NCBI GenBank assembly: GCA_038206135.1
Contig: JBBRBD010000003.1
Location: 4,453 to 68,452, forward strand
DNA length: 64,000 bases
Source: Patescibacteria group bacterium
Lineage (GTDB): Bacteria; Patescibacteriota; Microgenomatia; UBA8517
Reading direction: 5' to 3'
Part shown: positions 1-10,367 of the stretch, one piece after another
Position numbering within the stretch: position 1 is the stretch's first letter
Layout: every line of letters starts with the position of its first letter
Position numbers and translations under genes: made by a program
Notes under the pieces: generated by a model
What the model was told of the DNA's origin: nothing
Databases searched by the model: none
Seen by the model: only the letters and a program-made list of their open reading frames with translations

Positions 1-3000
1 AATTCTCTTGTATTAGATGCAACAACATCAATCGCATTTGGAGCTTCAAATTACAATTTTACCTTTACAAACAATGGAACTGGAAATGAAATCCACAACC
101 TAAGTTCAACTGGAGACTTACTTATTCAAGATAACGGCACAACATTTGCAACATTTAACAATGCAGGTGGAATTGATTTCAGCCCAAATGGCACAAGTAA
201 CCTAACAATCAATACAGACAGCGACTCTGCGCTTAAAGTTACGGGACTCGCCTCAGGTTCCGGTTCAGCAATTTGTATTGATGGAAGTAACAATATCGTA
301 ACCTGTACGACAGGTTCGGGTGGGTTGTCAGGGAGCGGTACAAGCGGTCAAATTGCTTATTTCAATGGAGCAACATCTGCAACTTCAGAAGCTAGCGGTT
401 TCAGCTGGGACGCAACGAATAATAGACTTGGAATCGGAACGGATACACCAAACGCAGTTTTGCACGTAAGTAGCGCCTCGATCGGAAAAGCACTTGCAAT
501 ATTTAATGAAACAGGTGACCAAGATATATTGACAGCAAGTGCTTCAGGCACAACAGTTTTTACAGTGGCACGCACAGGCCAAATAACTGCTAGTTCATCT
601 ACTGCAAATGCTGATAGTATCAAAATATCTCCAAATGCATCAGGTTCTAACACTTTCACGGGTACACTAACATCAGCTGATTTAACTGGAAATGTTACCT
701 GGACTCTCCCCGACTCATCTGGCACAGTAATCCTTTCAGGACACACATTTACAGGGGATGTTACGGGAACACTCGGAGCTGGTGGAACAACAGCACTTAC
801 TATTGCCGCCGACTCTGTTGCTCTTGGAACTGATACAACTGGAAACTACATAGCAAGTATTACCGGCAACAGCCAAGTTGCAGTCAGCGGCTCAGGATCA
901 GAGTCTGCTGCCGTTTCCCTTTCCATCAATGGAAACTCGATTGATACCGTACAACTGGCAAGTACCTTAACTTTTTCAGATGGCGACCTAATTGATCTTT
1001 CTTCAATAAATACGAGCTCAACAGTTGAAGGCTTACTATTACCTCAGGCAACAAGTTGCAGTGCCGGAACTGCCGAGGGTCAGGTTTGTTGGGACACAGA
1101 TAATGACTTCCTTTCTGTTGGAACAGGAAGTGGAACAGTAGCATTACTTGGAAGCACAAGCTCGTTGTTTACGCTTGCCGCAACATCTGGCTCATCACAA
1201 ACAATAAGCGCTGGAGACACGGCAACCATTGCAGCGGGTACTGGTATTACAACAACAGCAGGATCAACAGATACAGTCACAATTGCAGCAACACTCGGAA
1301 CCTCTATTTCAAATGCAGAAATAGATGCAAACACAATTAATTGGGATTCAATTGCAGATGCGATGACTCTTGATGCAAACACGAGTATTACCGCAGCTAG
1401 TGCTCTCTCACTCACCATTGGAAATAATGTAACACTCACAACCAGTGGTACAGGATCAATTGTCGCAACAGATCTGAGTTGTACTGACTGTGTTGCTTTA
1501 GGATCTGAAACAACCGGGAACTATGTAGCAACAGTGACCGGCAATAGCCAAGTTGCGGTCAGCGGCTCTGGATCTGAATCAGCTGGAATTTCCCTTTCAA
1601 TAAATAACAACTCAATTGACACAGCGCAACTTGCAAGCACACTTACCTTCGCTGACGGTGATTTATTAGATCTTTCTTCGATTAACACAAGCTCAACAAC
1701 CGAAGGTTTAAAGCTTCCCCAAAATGCAACAGCCTGTTCGAGTGGAACAGCGGAAGGCCAGGTTTGTTGGGATAGCAGTACAGACACGTTATATATTGGC
1801 AACGGAACGAGCGCCACTGCAGTTGGAGGCGGATCATCATTTACGAGCTTTACAGCAGCTGGTGACAGTGGAAGTAATCAGACTATCTCAAACGGTAACA
1901 CATTGAGTGTGCTTGGCGGTTCAAATGGAATTGACACAGTCGGCTCTGCTACCGACACAATCACCTTGAATCTGGATACGACTGAAATTGGCTCAACTAC
2001 TTTTGGCACTGGATCTGCAATCACCTGGACCTTTGATGCGTCAGGAGGAACTGACACGACCATTGCATTTGGAAATGATACTCAGACTTTTACTGCAGGC
2101 ACAGCTGCTTTTAGCGGAACGGTAAATCTTTCAAGCGGTGTACTTCAAACTGGAGGCACACAACGATTAAGTAATGCTGGAGCCCTCAGCAACATTACCG
2201 GTTTTACACAAACAAGTGGATCTTTTAATTCAACACTTTCTACGACAAACGCGGCGACATTCAACTCAAGTACTGCAAATTCTGACAGTTTAGCGCTCCT
2301 TCCTCAATCAACCGTAAATACCAACAGCTTCACAGGGACAATTACAACAGTGGATCTTACCGCAGCACGTACATGGACACTTCCAGATGCAACCGGAACC
2401 GTGTGTTTAACAACAGGCAACTGTGCAGGCTCAGGAGGAGGAATTACTGGGTCTGGAACATCAGGTCAGATTGCATTTTTTAATGGAGCGGGAACAATAA
2501 CATCAGAGTCAACAGGTTTTTCTTGGGATGCGACAAATAAAAAACTAGGAATTGGAACAGATACTCCGAATGGACTACTTCAGGTAACAGGTGCAGCTGT
2601 TGGAAAGTCCCTTGCAATATTTAATGAAACTGGAGATCAGAACATATTGACGGCAAGCGCTTCTGGCACAACCGTTGCATCAATTGATAGAACCGGACAG
2701 ATTACTTTGAATACAACTACAGCAAATGCAGATAAACTCGCTCTTGTTGGTAATGCGACAGGTAGTAACTCGTTTACAGGCACAGTCACACCGACAGATC
2801 TTACTGCTAACAGAACATATACACTTCCAGACGCAACGGGTGACTTTTGTTTGAGTAGTGGAAACTGTGCCGGAGTTGGTGGAGTTGGAAATGTGAGTGG
2901 TCCAGGCTCTTCGACAGACAATGCAATTGCAAGGTTTGATTTAGCAACTGGAAAGATTATTAAAAACAGCGGTGTAATTATTGATAACTCAAACAACATT

Positions 3001-6000
3001 ACAGGAATAAATTCAATAGACACAATCTCGACGAGCGCAACTGCGCTTGGATTCGCAGGTGCTGGAACAATTACATCAACTGGAACAAGTGCACTCACCC
3101 TCGATTCAGGCACAACAGGGGTAGTTAATATTGCTACAGGAACCAGTGGCAAGACAATTAACATTGCAACGGACAATACAAATGCAGATACCATAAACAT
3201 TGGGTCAGCTCTCGACAGTGTCGCAGTTCTCGGAACAAGTACAATTACAGGGGCTACTACGGTAAATGGATCTGGTTCAGCCGCCACAAATATTGGAACT
3301 GGCACAAGTACCGGTACAATCACCATAGGTAGAGTCACTGGAACTGATCTTGCTTTGAATGATGCAAACTGGAATGTTACAGGAGCAGGCGCCGCGAACT
3401 TTGTTAGTTTTGGTGCAACAACTCCAGGCACTGGAGCATTCACGACCCTTTCTTCAACTGGTAACACAACAATCGGAGATGCAAACTCAGATACCTTAAC
3501 AATTAATGCAGGGAGTTCAGGGACAGGAATTATTCTTGCCGATACGAGCTTTGCAAATTGTTCTACCCTCTCAACAGTTTCAAACATAGTTACTTGTGGG
3601 GCAGCTGGAGGCAGTATGAGCAGTTTTACCGCTGCAGGCGACACAGGAACACCTCAAACAATATCAGACAGTAACACTCTCTCTATTGTCGGAGGGACAA
3701 ACGGTATCGACACAGTAGCAAGTGCAACAGATACTATTACATTAAATCTTGATACCACTGAGATTGGTTCAACTACATTTGGAACTGGAAGCGCTTCTAC
3801 TTGGACATTCGATGCTTCTGCTGGAACAGATACTACAATTGCTTTTGGAAATGATACACAAACATTTACAACAGGAACTGCGACCTTCACGGGAAACGTT
3901 GCAGTAAACGGTGGATCTTTAACTACAACTGCTAGTACCGCCACTTTATTTAACACAAATGCAGCGACGCTTTCAATTGGTGGTGCCTCCACTACAGCAC
4001 TTAACATTGGAACTGGAAACACTGCATACACTGCAATTAACTTGGGTACTGGAACTGGAGGAAACGCTATTAACATTGGAACAAACAACACAAATGCTGA
4101 CACCATTGGAATTGGAAGTGCACTTGATACCCTTACAATTGCTGGCACTACAGGGGTGACGGGTGCTACTACAATTAACGGGTCTGGTTCATCAGCCACA
4201 AATATCGGGACAGGAACCTCAACTGGAACTATTACGATTGGCAGAGTCACTGGAACAGACCTCGCTTTGAATGATGCAAACTGGAATATTACTGGAGCAG
4301 GTGCCGCGAACTTTGTTAGTGTTGGTGCAACAACTCCGGGCACTGGAGCATTCACAACGCTCTCTAGTACAGGAGCCACAACAATTGGAAACAATTCGTC
4401 TACAGTCGCGATTGACTCGACTTCATGGGATATTTCAAGTGCTGGTGTTGCTTCTGGATTTACAGGTCTCACTTCAAGCGGAACAATCAATTTTTCTGGG
4501 CTTACTGCTTCAAGTGGTGTGTATACCGATGGAAGTAAAAACTTAACATCAACAGCACCTACTTCTGGAACACTTGGATACTGGAGTAGAACTGGAACAA
4601 CACTTTCTCCTTCTAATGCGGGTGACGCTGTAACCACCACCGGAAACATTTCAACAACAAGTACTGGAACTATTACTTCAGCTGGACTTCTAACTGGACA
4701 ACTCGGACTCACGGCAAGTGGAGCTGCGATAAACTTAAACGCTGCAAGTAACTTTGTAACCAACATCAACACTGGTAGTTCAACTGGAAGTGTAACAATC
4801 GGTGGTGGTTCAAATGCACTTGCAACAAATTCAACAACACTTGATATGGCTGCAACAGGGGCTATTCAAATCAACTCATCGGCAGGAACAATTGGAATTG
4901 GTAACAATGCAGTTGCACAAGCTATTAACATTGGAACAGGAGCTGCAGCCAGAACAATTACCATAGGAAACAATACTGGTGCAAGTGCACTCGCCTTAAC
5001 TTCAGGAACTGGTTCTCAGTCTTTCACCAGTTCTGCAACCACAAATAATGCATTTGCATTTGTTGATAATGCGTTAACTTCAGCAAACTTATTGGCTTTG
5101 TCCTCCACTTCAACTGCACTTACGAGTGGAAAAATTGGCTCATTCGATTGGAGCCCGACAAGTGCAACAACTGCAACAGGAGACTTGTTTAATATAAACA
5201 TTGGAGCAAACGGAACAACAACTGGGAACATCTTCTCAGTATCTGACTCTGGGTCAAATCTCTTTACAGTTTCTGAAACGGGTATTACGGCAAATGTACC
5301 AGCATCATTTACCTCTGCAGGTGATGTCTCTATGGCGTATGACTTGCAATTTACAAATCAAACTGCAAGTTATATCAAAAGTAAAGCTCCCCTCTACATC
5401 GATACCGGAGAAAGTTTTGAGAGTAATGATCTAACACTGAGAACATATAATTCAGGAAAGATTGTCCTTGATAATGTAAGTGGTGGATATGCCACTTTAA
5501 GTTTTGCCACAAAAGCAACGACAGGTGACCCATCAACTTGTGCGATTGGAGATGTGTACTTTAATAGTACTGATGCCACAATCAAAGCTTGTACAACGGT
5601 AAACACATGGGCAACCCTTAATGGTGCCGCTGGTGGAACAATCACCGGATCTGGAACTACTGGAACACTTCCAAAATTCACAAGCGGAACTGCAATTGGT
5701 GACTCACTGATTTCTGAATCCGGATCAACAATTTCACTCAGTACAGCGGCAACAATCACTGCAAGTTCACTTGCTACATTTACAAGCTCAACGGCACTTA
5801 GTCTGAATCCAAATACAGGCACTTCATATACGCTCGGAACAACGGCAACAACATTGGATCTATTCAACGCAACACCAACAACTATCAACTTTGGCGGTGC
5901 AGCAACAACTGCCTTAAATATAGGTAACGGAAGTGGCGCATACACTGCAATTAACCTCGGTTCTGGAAGTGGCACACATACAATTAACATTGCAGGCACA

Positions 6001-8883
6001 GGTGCAACATCTGCAGACACAGTGAACATTGGAACAGGTGGAACTTCAGCCGATACTATTAACATTGGAGGCAATGCTTCAACAACTGCTTTGAACTTAA
6101 CATCAGGAACGGGCGCACAAACATTCAGGAGCTCTGTTGCAACTGGTACAACAACAAGTGCTGCTTGGGTATTTAATGATACTGCTTTGACTTCAGGAAC
6201 AGGTTTATATTTGACTTCTTCTGGTTCAAGTCAAACATCAGACAAGCTTGTCGACATCTCCCAGTCAGGAGTTACAACAGGGTTCACTGGTAACTTACTT
6301 AATCTTAATTCGACAAGCACAACGGGTGCAGCAACATTTATAAATCTTACGGCAAACGCTTCCACAGTTGGAACTGGAGAAAGTATTGCAATGAATGCGC
6401 TTACAACCGGTAAAGTGCTTGGGTTGAGTAGTAGCTCAACTGCAATCACAACTGCTGGCTCAAACATAGGCTCACTCCTCGACTTAACAGCAAGTGGTGC
6501 AATGACTGCATTTACTGGCTCAATTGCAAACATTAACGTCGCAAACGCAAGTAACGCAGGAGACACTGGAAACGCACTTAACATTAACCTTGGTGGCGCT
6601 GCTCAAATAATGAAAGCTCTAAACATTGCAGATGCTACAACTGGAAACCTTTCAACAACTGGTGCTGTTGCAATCAGTATGAGTGGCGCCCACACCGGAA
6701 CTGCAATCGCTGTCACAGATGCGACTGCTACTGGAAAAATCCAAACGCTTATCGGCAATAGTCTTACCTCGGGCACCGCAGTACAAATTAGTTCCACGGC
6801 AACCGGACTAACTACTGCAGGTTCAAATATTGGCTCGCTATTTGACATTACGGAAAGTGGTGCAATGACTGCTATGACTGGAAACATTGCAAACATAAAT
6901 CTTTCTGGAGCAAATGCTGTCGGTTCAACTGGAAACGCACTTAACATTAACATCGCAGGAACTGCGCAACTCATGAAAGGTATTAGCTTTACTGATGCAA
7001 CTACTGGAAACCTTGGAACAACAGCAGGTACCAGTGGTGGAGTGTTATTCTCATTTACAGGGGCACATACCGGATATGGACTTCAGGTTTCAGATGCAAC
7101 AGCAACTGGAACGGCATTTGCATTGAATGCAAACTCACTTACTTCTGGAGTCGGTCAAAGTATTCTCTCAACAGCAACTGGAGTAACATCAGGTAACTTA
7201 CTGAGCTCATCTCTGACTGGTGCATCTGCTTTTACCGGAAATCTTAATTATTTTGATTGGACTCCTGGAAGCTCAACAACTGCAACAGGAGATTTACTCC
7301 GTGTTCATATTGGAGCAAACGGATCAACAAGTGGATATCTATTCAATGTTGTAGATGATACAACTTCTGACTTCTCTGTTTCAGAAACACAAATCACCAG
7401 TGCGTTGCCACATCAGTTCACGGCAGCTGGTGACGTTTCAATGGCATACGATCTACAATTCACAAATCAAACTGCAAGCTATATTAAAAGTAATGCACCA
7501 CTCTACTTACAAGCTGGAGAGACGTTTGAAAACAACAATTTAACATTACAAACGTATGGAACGGGTGCCATAGTTTCAAGTGGTAAATTCTCATTCGGTT
7601 CGCAAAACACGCTTACTGCAAATAGCACTACCCCATCTGTAACTACTGGCGACTATTTTGTCACGGCAAATACATCCACTACACTTATTTCAAACTTCAC
7701 CAGTGGAACAGTGGGTCAAGAGATTTTTGTAAACATTGCCGATGCAAACACAGATTTTGATTGTACAAGTTCAAATATTGCTTGCGGAACTACAGATATC
7801 ACAACCCCTGCAAGCGGTGACATCCTACACTTTATCTATGATGGAACAAATTGGTCGCTCCTTGGCTGGATGCGAAATACAGCAAATAACAGTAACCCAA
7901 CAAACGGTGTTGACTTGGCAGAGTTCTATCCAAGTTCAGAATCACTTCAGGCTGCTGATGTAATTAGTGTAGATTCAACAAATCCAGTCACCATTAAAAA
8001 GGCTACAGATGCAGACGGTCAAAAGGTGTTTGGAGTAATTTCAACCCAGCCAGGGCTTATTCTCGGTGAAGATGCAGTGAACTCATATAAAGTTGCTCTT
8101 GCCGGACGGGTCCCAGTAGCAATCGATCCAGCTTCAGAGACAATTCAAGCTGGCGACCTGATTGGAGCCTCGAGTGTGTCAGGGAAAGCAAAGAAAGTAA
8201 CAAGCGGATATATCATCGGACGTGCCTTAGAGGCTTGGACCACAGGTTCGTCAAATCAACTAACAGTATTCGTGAATCCAATTTATGTGAACGGTGACTC
8301 AATTGATAACAGTCAGTTTGACTCTAGACTCACTACACTTGAGAACAATTTTGCTACGGTAAGCGCTTCACTCACCGCTTCAGCAAGTGGAGTGCTCGCA
8401 AACTTTAGTGATGTACATACAAATACTCTTTCAGTACTTGGAGACTCTACACTTTCTGATACAGTTATCAATGGTAAGTTGAATGTGGGAGCTATGGTAT
8501 TTGATAATGTAGATCAAAGTATCAATGCAATTGGCACTTTAAAGATTCAAAGCCTTGCACTTGGGAATATAGAGCTTGAAAATGGACTCGTTACGATTGA
8601 CACACTTGGTAATGTTGTAGTGAATACAATAACTGCTCAGAAGTACAAAGTAGCAGGAACTTCTGCAGGAACAAACACAATGGGCGCTGGTACCAACCAA
8701 GTTACTATAAATACAACTGCGGTCACTGCAAACTCGCTCATCTTTGTAACACCGAAGAAGACTATTGCTCACCCAATGGCTGTAACTCAGAAAGTAGATG
8801 GTACGAGCTTTACCGTTTCAATAAGCAGTATCGAACTGCAAGACATTGAATTCGACTGGTGGATAGTCGACAAGACTAACTGA
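1..8883 (+). CDS. Giant Ser/Thr/Gly-rich surface fibre/adhesin, 5'-partial (>2,960 aa), with duplicated modules, a Peptidase_G2-like intramolecular chaperone domain and a conserved C-terminal beta domain
   Basis: Frame +1 is open from base 1 (NSLVLDATTSIAFG...), so the TTG at 325 is not the true start. RLGIGTDTP and TWTLPDATG fibre-type motifs recur. DLAEFY...GVISTQPG...VALAGRVPV...IIGRALE lies at ~7912-8232 and is followed by a short coiled coil. Stop TGA at 8881-8883. Confidence 0.85.
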   Translation, partial: NSLVLDATTSIAFGASNYNFTFTNNGTGNEIHNLSSTGDLLIQDNGTTFATFNNAGGIDFSPNGTSNLTINTDSDSALKVTGLASGSGSAICIDGSNNIVTCTTGSGGLSGSGTSGQIAYFNGATSATSEASGFSWDATNNRLGIGTDTPNAVLHVSSASIGKALAIFNETGDQDILTASASGTTVFTVARTGQITASSSTANADSIKISPNASGSNTFTGTLTSADLTGNVTWTLPDSSGTVILSGHTFTGDVTGTLGAGGTTALTIAADSVALGTDTTGNYIASITGNSQVAVSGSGSESAAVSLSINGNSIDTVQLASTLTFSDGDLIDLSSINTSSTVEGLLLPQATSCSAGTAEGQVCWDTDNDFLSVGTGSGTVALLGSTSSLFTLAATSGSSQTISAGDTATIAAGTGITTTAGSTDTVTIAATLGTSISNAEIDANTINWDSIADAMTLDANTSITAASALSLTIGNNVTLTTSGTGSIVATDLSCTDCVALGSETTGNYVATVTGNSQVAVSGSGSESAGISLSINNNSIDTAQLASTLTFADGDLLDLSSINTSSTTEGLKLPQNATACSSGTAEGQVCWDSSTDTLYIGNGTSATAVGGGSSFTSFTAAGDSGSNQTISNGNTLSVLGGSNGIDTVGSATDTITLNLDTTEIGSTTFGTGSAITWTFDASGGTDTTIAFGNDTQTFTAGTAAFSGTVNLSSGVLQTGGTQRLSNAGALSNITGFTQTSGSFNSTLSTTNAATFNSSTANSDSLALLPQSTVNTNSFTGTITTVDLTAARTWTLPDATGTVCLTTGNCAGSGGGITGSGTSGQIAFFNGAGTITSESTGFSWDATNKKLGIGTDTPNGLLQVTGAAVGKSLAIFNETGDQNILTASASGTTVASIDRTGQITLNTTTANADKLALVGNATGSNSFTGTVTPTDLTANRTYTLPDATGDFCLSSGNCAGVGGVGNVSGPGSSTDNAIARFDLATGKIIKNSGVIIDNSNNITGINSIDTISTSATALGFAGAGTITSTGTSALTLDSGTTGVVNIATGTSGKTINIATDNTNADTINIGSALDSVAVLGTSTITGATTVNGSGSAATNIGTGTSTGTITIGRVTGTDLALNDANWNVTGAGAANFVSFGATTPGTGAFTTLSSTGNTTIGDANSDTLTINAGSSGTGIILADTSFANCSTLSTVSNIVTCGAAGGSMSSFTAAGDTGTPQTISDSNTLSIVGGTNGIDTVASATDTITLNLDTTEIGSTTFGTGSASTWTFDASAGTDTTIAFGNDTQTFTTGTATFTGNVAVNGGSLTTTASTATLFNTNAATLSIGGASTTALNIGTGNTAYTAINLGTGTGGNAINIGTNNTNADTIGIGSALDTLTIAGTTGVTGATTINGSGSSATNIGTGTSTGTITIGRVTGTDLALNDANWNITGAGAANFVSVGATTPGTGAFTTLSSTGATTIGNNSSTVAIDSTSWDISSAGVASGFTGLTSSGTINFSGLTASSGVYTDGSKNLTSTAPTSGTLGYWSRTGTTLSPSNAGDAVTTTGNISTTSTGTITSAGLLTGQLGLTASGAAINLNAASNFVTNINTGSSTGSVTIGGGSNALATNSTTLDMAATGAIQINSSAGTIGIGNNAVAQAINIGTGAAARTITIGNNTGASALALTSGTGSQSFTSSATTNNAFAFVDNALTSANLLALSSTSTALTSGKIGSFDWSPTSATTATGDLFNINIGANGTTTGNIFSVSDSGSNLFTVSETGITANVPASFTSAGDVSMAYDLQFTNQTASYIKSKAPLYIDTGESFESNDLTLRTYNSGKIVLDNVSGGYATLSFATKATTGDPSTCAIGDVYFNSTDATIKACTTVNTWATLNGAAGGTITGSGTTGTLPKFTSGTAIGDSLISESGSTISLSTAATITASSLATFTSSTALSLNPNTGTSYTLGTTATTLDLFNATPTTINFGGAATTALNIGNGSGAYTAINLGSGSGTHTINIAGTGATSADTVNIGTGGTSADTINIGGNASTTALNLTSGTGAQTFRSSVATGTTTSAAWVFNDTALTSGTGLYLTSSGSSQTSDKLVDISQSGVTTGFTGNLLNLNSTSTTGAATFINLTANASTVGTGESIAMNALTTGKVLGLSSSSTAITTAGSNIGSLLDLTASGAMTAFTGSIANINVANASNAGDTGNALNINLGGAAQIMKALNIADATTGNLSTTGAVAISMSGAHTGTAIAVTDATATGKIQTLIGNSLTSGTAVQISSTATGLTTAGSNIGSLFDITESGAMTAMTGNIANINLSGANAVGSTGNALNINIAGTAQLMKGISFTDATTGNLGTTAGTSGGVLFSFTGAHTGYGLQVSDATATGTAFALNANSLTSGVGQSILSTATGVTSGNLLSSSLTGASAFTGNLNYFDWTPGSSTTATGDLLRVHIGANGSTSGYLFNVVDDTTSDFSVSETQITSALPHQFTAAGDVSMAYDLQFTNQTASYIKSNAPLYLQAGETFENNNLTLQTYGTGAIVSSGKFSFGSQNTLTANSTTPSVTTGDYFVTANTSTTLISNFTSGTVGQEIFVNIADANTDFDCTSSNIACGTTDITTPASGDILHFIYDGTNWSLLGWMRNTANNSNPTNGVDLAEFYPSSESLQAADVISVDSTNPVTIKKATDADGQKVFGVISTQPGLILGEDAVNSYKVALAGRVPVAIDPASETIQAGDLIGASSVSGKAKKVTSGYIIGRALEAWTTGSSNQLTVFVNPIYVNGDSIDNSQFDSRLTTLENNFATVSASLTASASGVLANFSDVHTNTLSVLGDSTLSDTVINGKLNVGAMVFDNVDQSINAIGTLKIQSLALGNIELENGLVTIDTLGNVVVNTITAQKYKVAGTSAGTNTMGAGTNQVTINTTAVTANSLIFVTPKKTIAHPMAVTQKVDGTSFTVSISSIELQDIEFDWWIVDKTN
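328..7575 (+). repeat. Six pairs of long diverged internal repeats in the giant protein
   Basis: Approximate pairs: 328-730/2446-2850 (SGQIA.FNG...TLPD), 817-1095/1492-1773 (GNSQVAVSGSGSES...EGQVCWD), 1846-2100/3622-3880 (FTAAGD...FGNDTQTFT), 3157-3463/4069-4375 (GRVTGTDLALNDANW), 5143-5466/7252-7575 (AGDVSMAYDLQFTNQTASYIKS) and 6439-6651/6799-7014 (TTAGSNIGSL...GNALNIN). Confidence 0.85.
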
Positions 8884-9207
8884 TAAATAGATATACTTCC
8901 TCAATATGAAGTAATGATCGATTTATATAAACAATGCAGTAACCACATACTTCGTCAGGTAGTTTGCATTAAGTATCATCACTTCATTTATCGAATGTAA
9001 CTTCTACCTACTGTTTTAGAATATAGTATTTTTAATACTTAGAATATCTTTATGTATATTAATATATAAAAGTATGCGAATCTATCTCAAAGTAACACAG
9101 GTCTGTTGTTGTCTTAAGATGCGTAAATTCAATGTTGTTGGTTGCTAACAATAGCTTAATTACAAAAAATGCTAACACTGAGAACTTCTCTATCCAATAA
9201 TAGTACT

Positions 9208-9425
9208 CCCCGGACTCACGTCCGGGGTTTCTTGAATAACATCATTCGAATTCAAGCCTAGATTGTTTTGGGAGTTCTTCTTTCCCTTGATATTCAATAT
9301 ATCGGCGGAACAACTCCTCGTTGAGGCAAATGGTAAAAGAAAAGTATCCAACACTCCAAATACTCCTCTCCAGATACATACGCCGAATGAATGGGTATCT
9401 CTCATTCAGTGCTCGGCACTTTAAA
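9208..9425 (-). mobile_element. tnpA: IS200/IS605-family remnant: C-terminal fragment of tnpA (Y1 HUH transposase) plus its terminal hairpin
   Basis: A minus frame absent from the ORF track reads ...RALNERYPFIRRMYLERSIWSVGYFSFTICLNEELFRRYIEYQGKEELPKQSRLEFE* (stop at 9242-9244). This matches the IS200 TnpA W-S-x-G-Y-F and Y-I-x-x-Q motifs. The perfect hairpin CCCCGGAC-TCAC-GTCCGGGG at 9208-9227 follows the stop. No N-terminal HUH half was found. Confidence 0.85.
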
Positions 9426-10367
9426 TCTTCAGGAGCAAAGCTTATCGAATATTAAAACACTCAAATGACGAATAAGGTTTTTAATAACATAGATATCTAT
9501 AGAATGAAACCAAAACTCTCAAGGCTGCCTCTTTAGAAGAAAAAAACCAATATGAATTGGGAAAGCAAAAAAAGTATACAAGAATAGTATGCATACACAA
9601 AAGATATGAAGTTTCAAAAATTGTGAAAATTAAATATTTTTATAATCTTTGGGGTTTATTGTTTAAAGAAATATACTTGAGCACCTCACTTTTTTTAATT
9701 TTTGATAAATTTCAAGTAAATTAAAAAAAAACAGGCTTCACAAAATGCGTTTTAAGATACTTGTTTTTACATATATGAGTGGTTAGTCGTTTCAGTAAAT
9801 GCGAAAATTTGAATAATTCGAACCTACAGCTCCATTCAACGAATTGTCTCGACAAGAATTTACTACTCAAATTAATCAATAGCAATCGCTAGTCAAAGAT
9901 AAACTCAAAATGCCCAATATTTATTTCCAGTAATACAAATTCTCATATATTCAGACTGCTAGATACTGGGTATTTGATTGATTTCCAACGAGGGTCGTCA
10001 AAATAATTCATACCTAATTCAAGAAAAGATGTATACAGAAAAACACAAACACTTTTATTACCCAGAGAGGCTCAAGTCCCCGAACTGCAGCCACAATACT
10101 GAAAACAGTGTCGCTTTTGCGAGCTGAAACGTCATGTGAAGTATAAATTAAAAACAAACTTCTTATTAAATCTATTGATTGAAATTTTTTAGAAAATACT
10201 TTTTATTACTCAATCTTACAATTAAATTCGATAAAATAGGTGTTAGACGACAAATACAAATATATTAAATTTAGACAGGATTCGTGCTTGGACAGGTTTG
10301 CGTTTTTCCTGTATCTTTTAAGTGAGGACATTGCTCCTCTGGTTTTGTTTGGAAGAAAAATCTTTCT

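Noticed and set aside
9190-9405. 71-aa minus ORF in the ORF track
   Set aside because: Wrong frame; the meaningful translation is the overlapping IS200 TnpA fragment.
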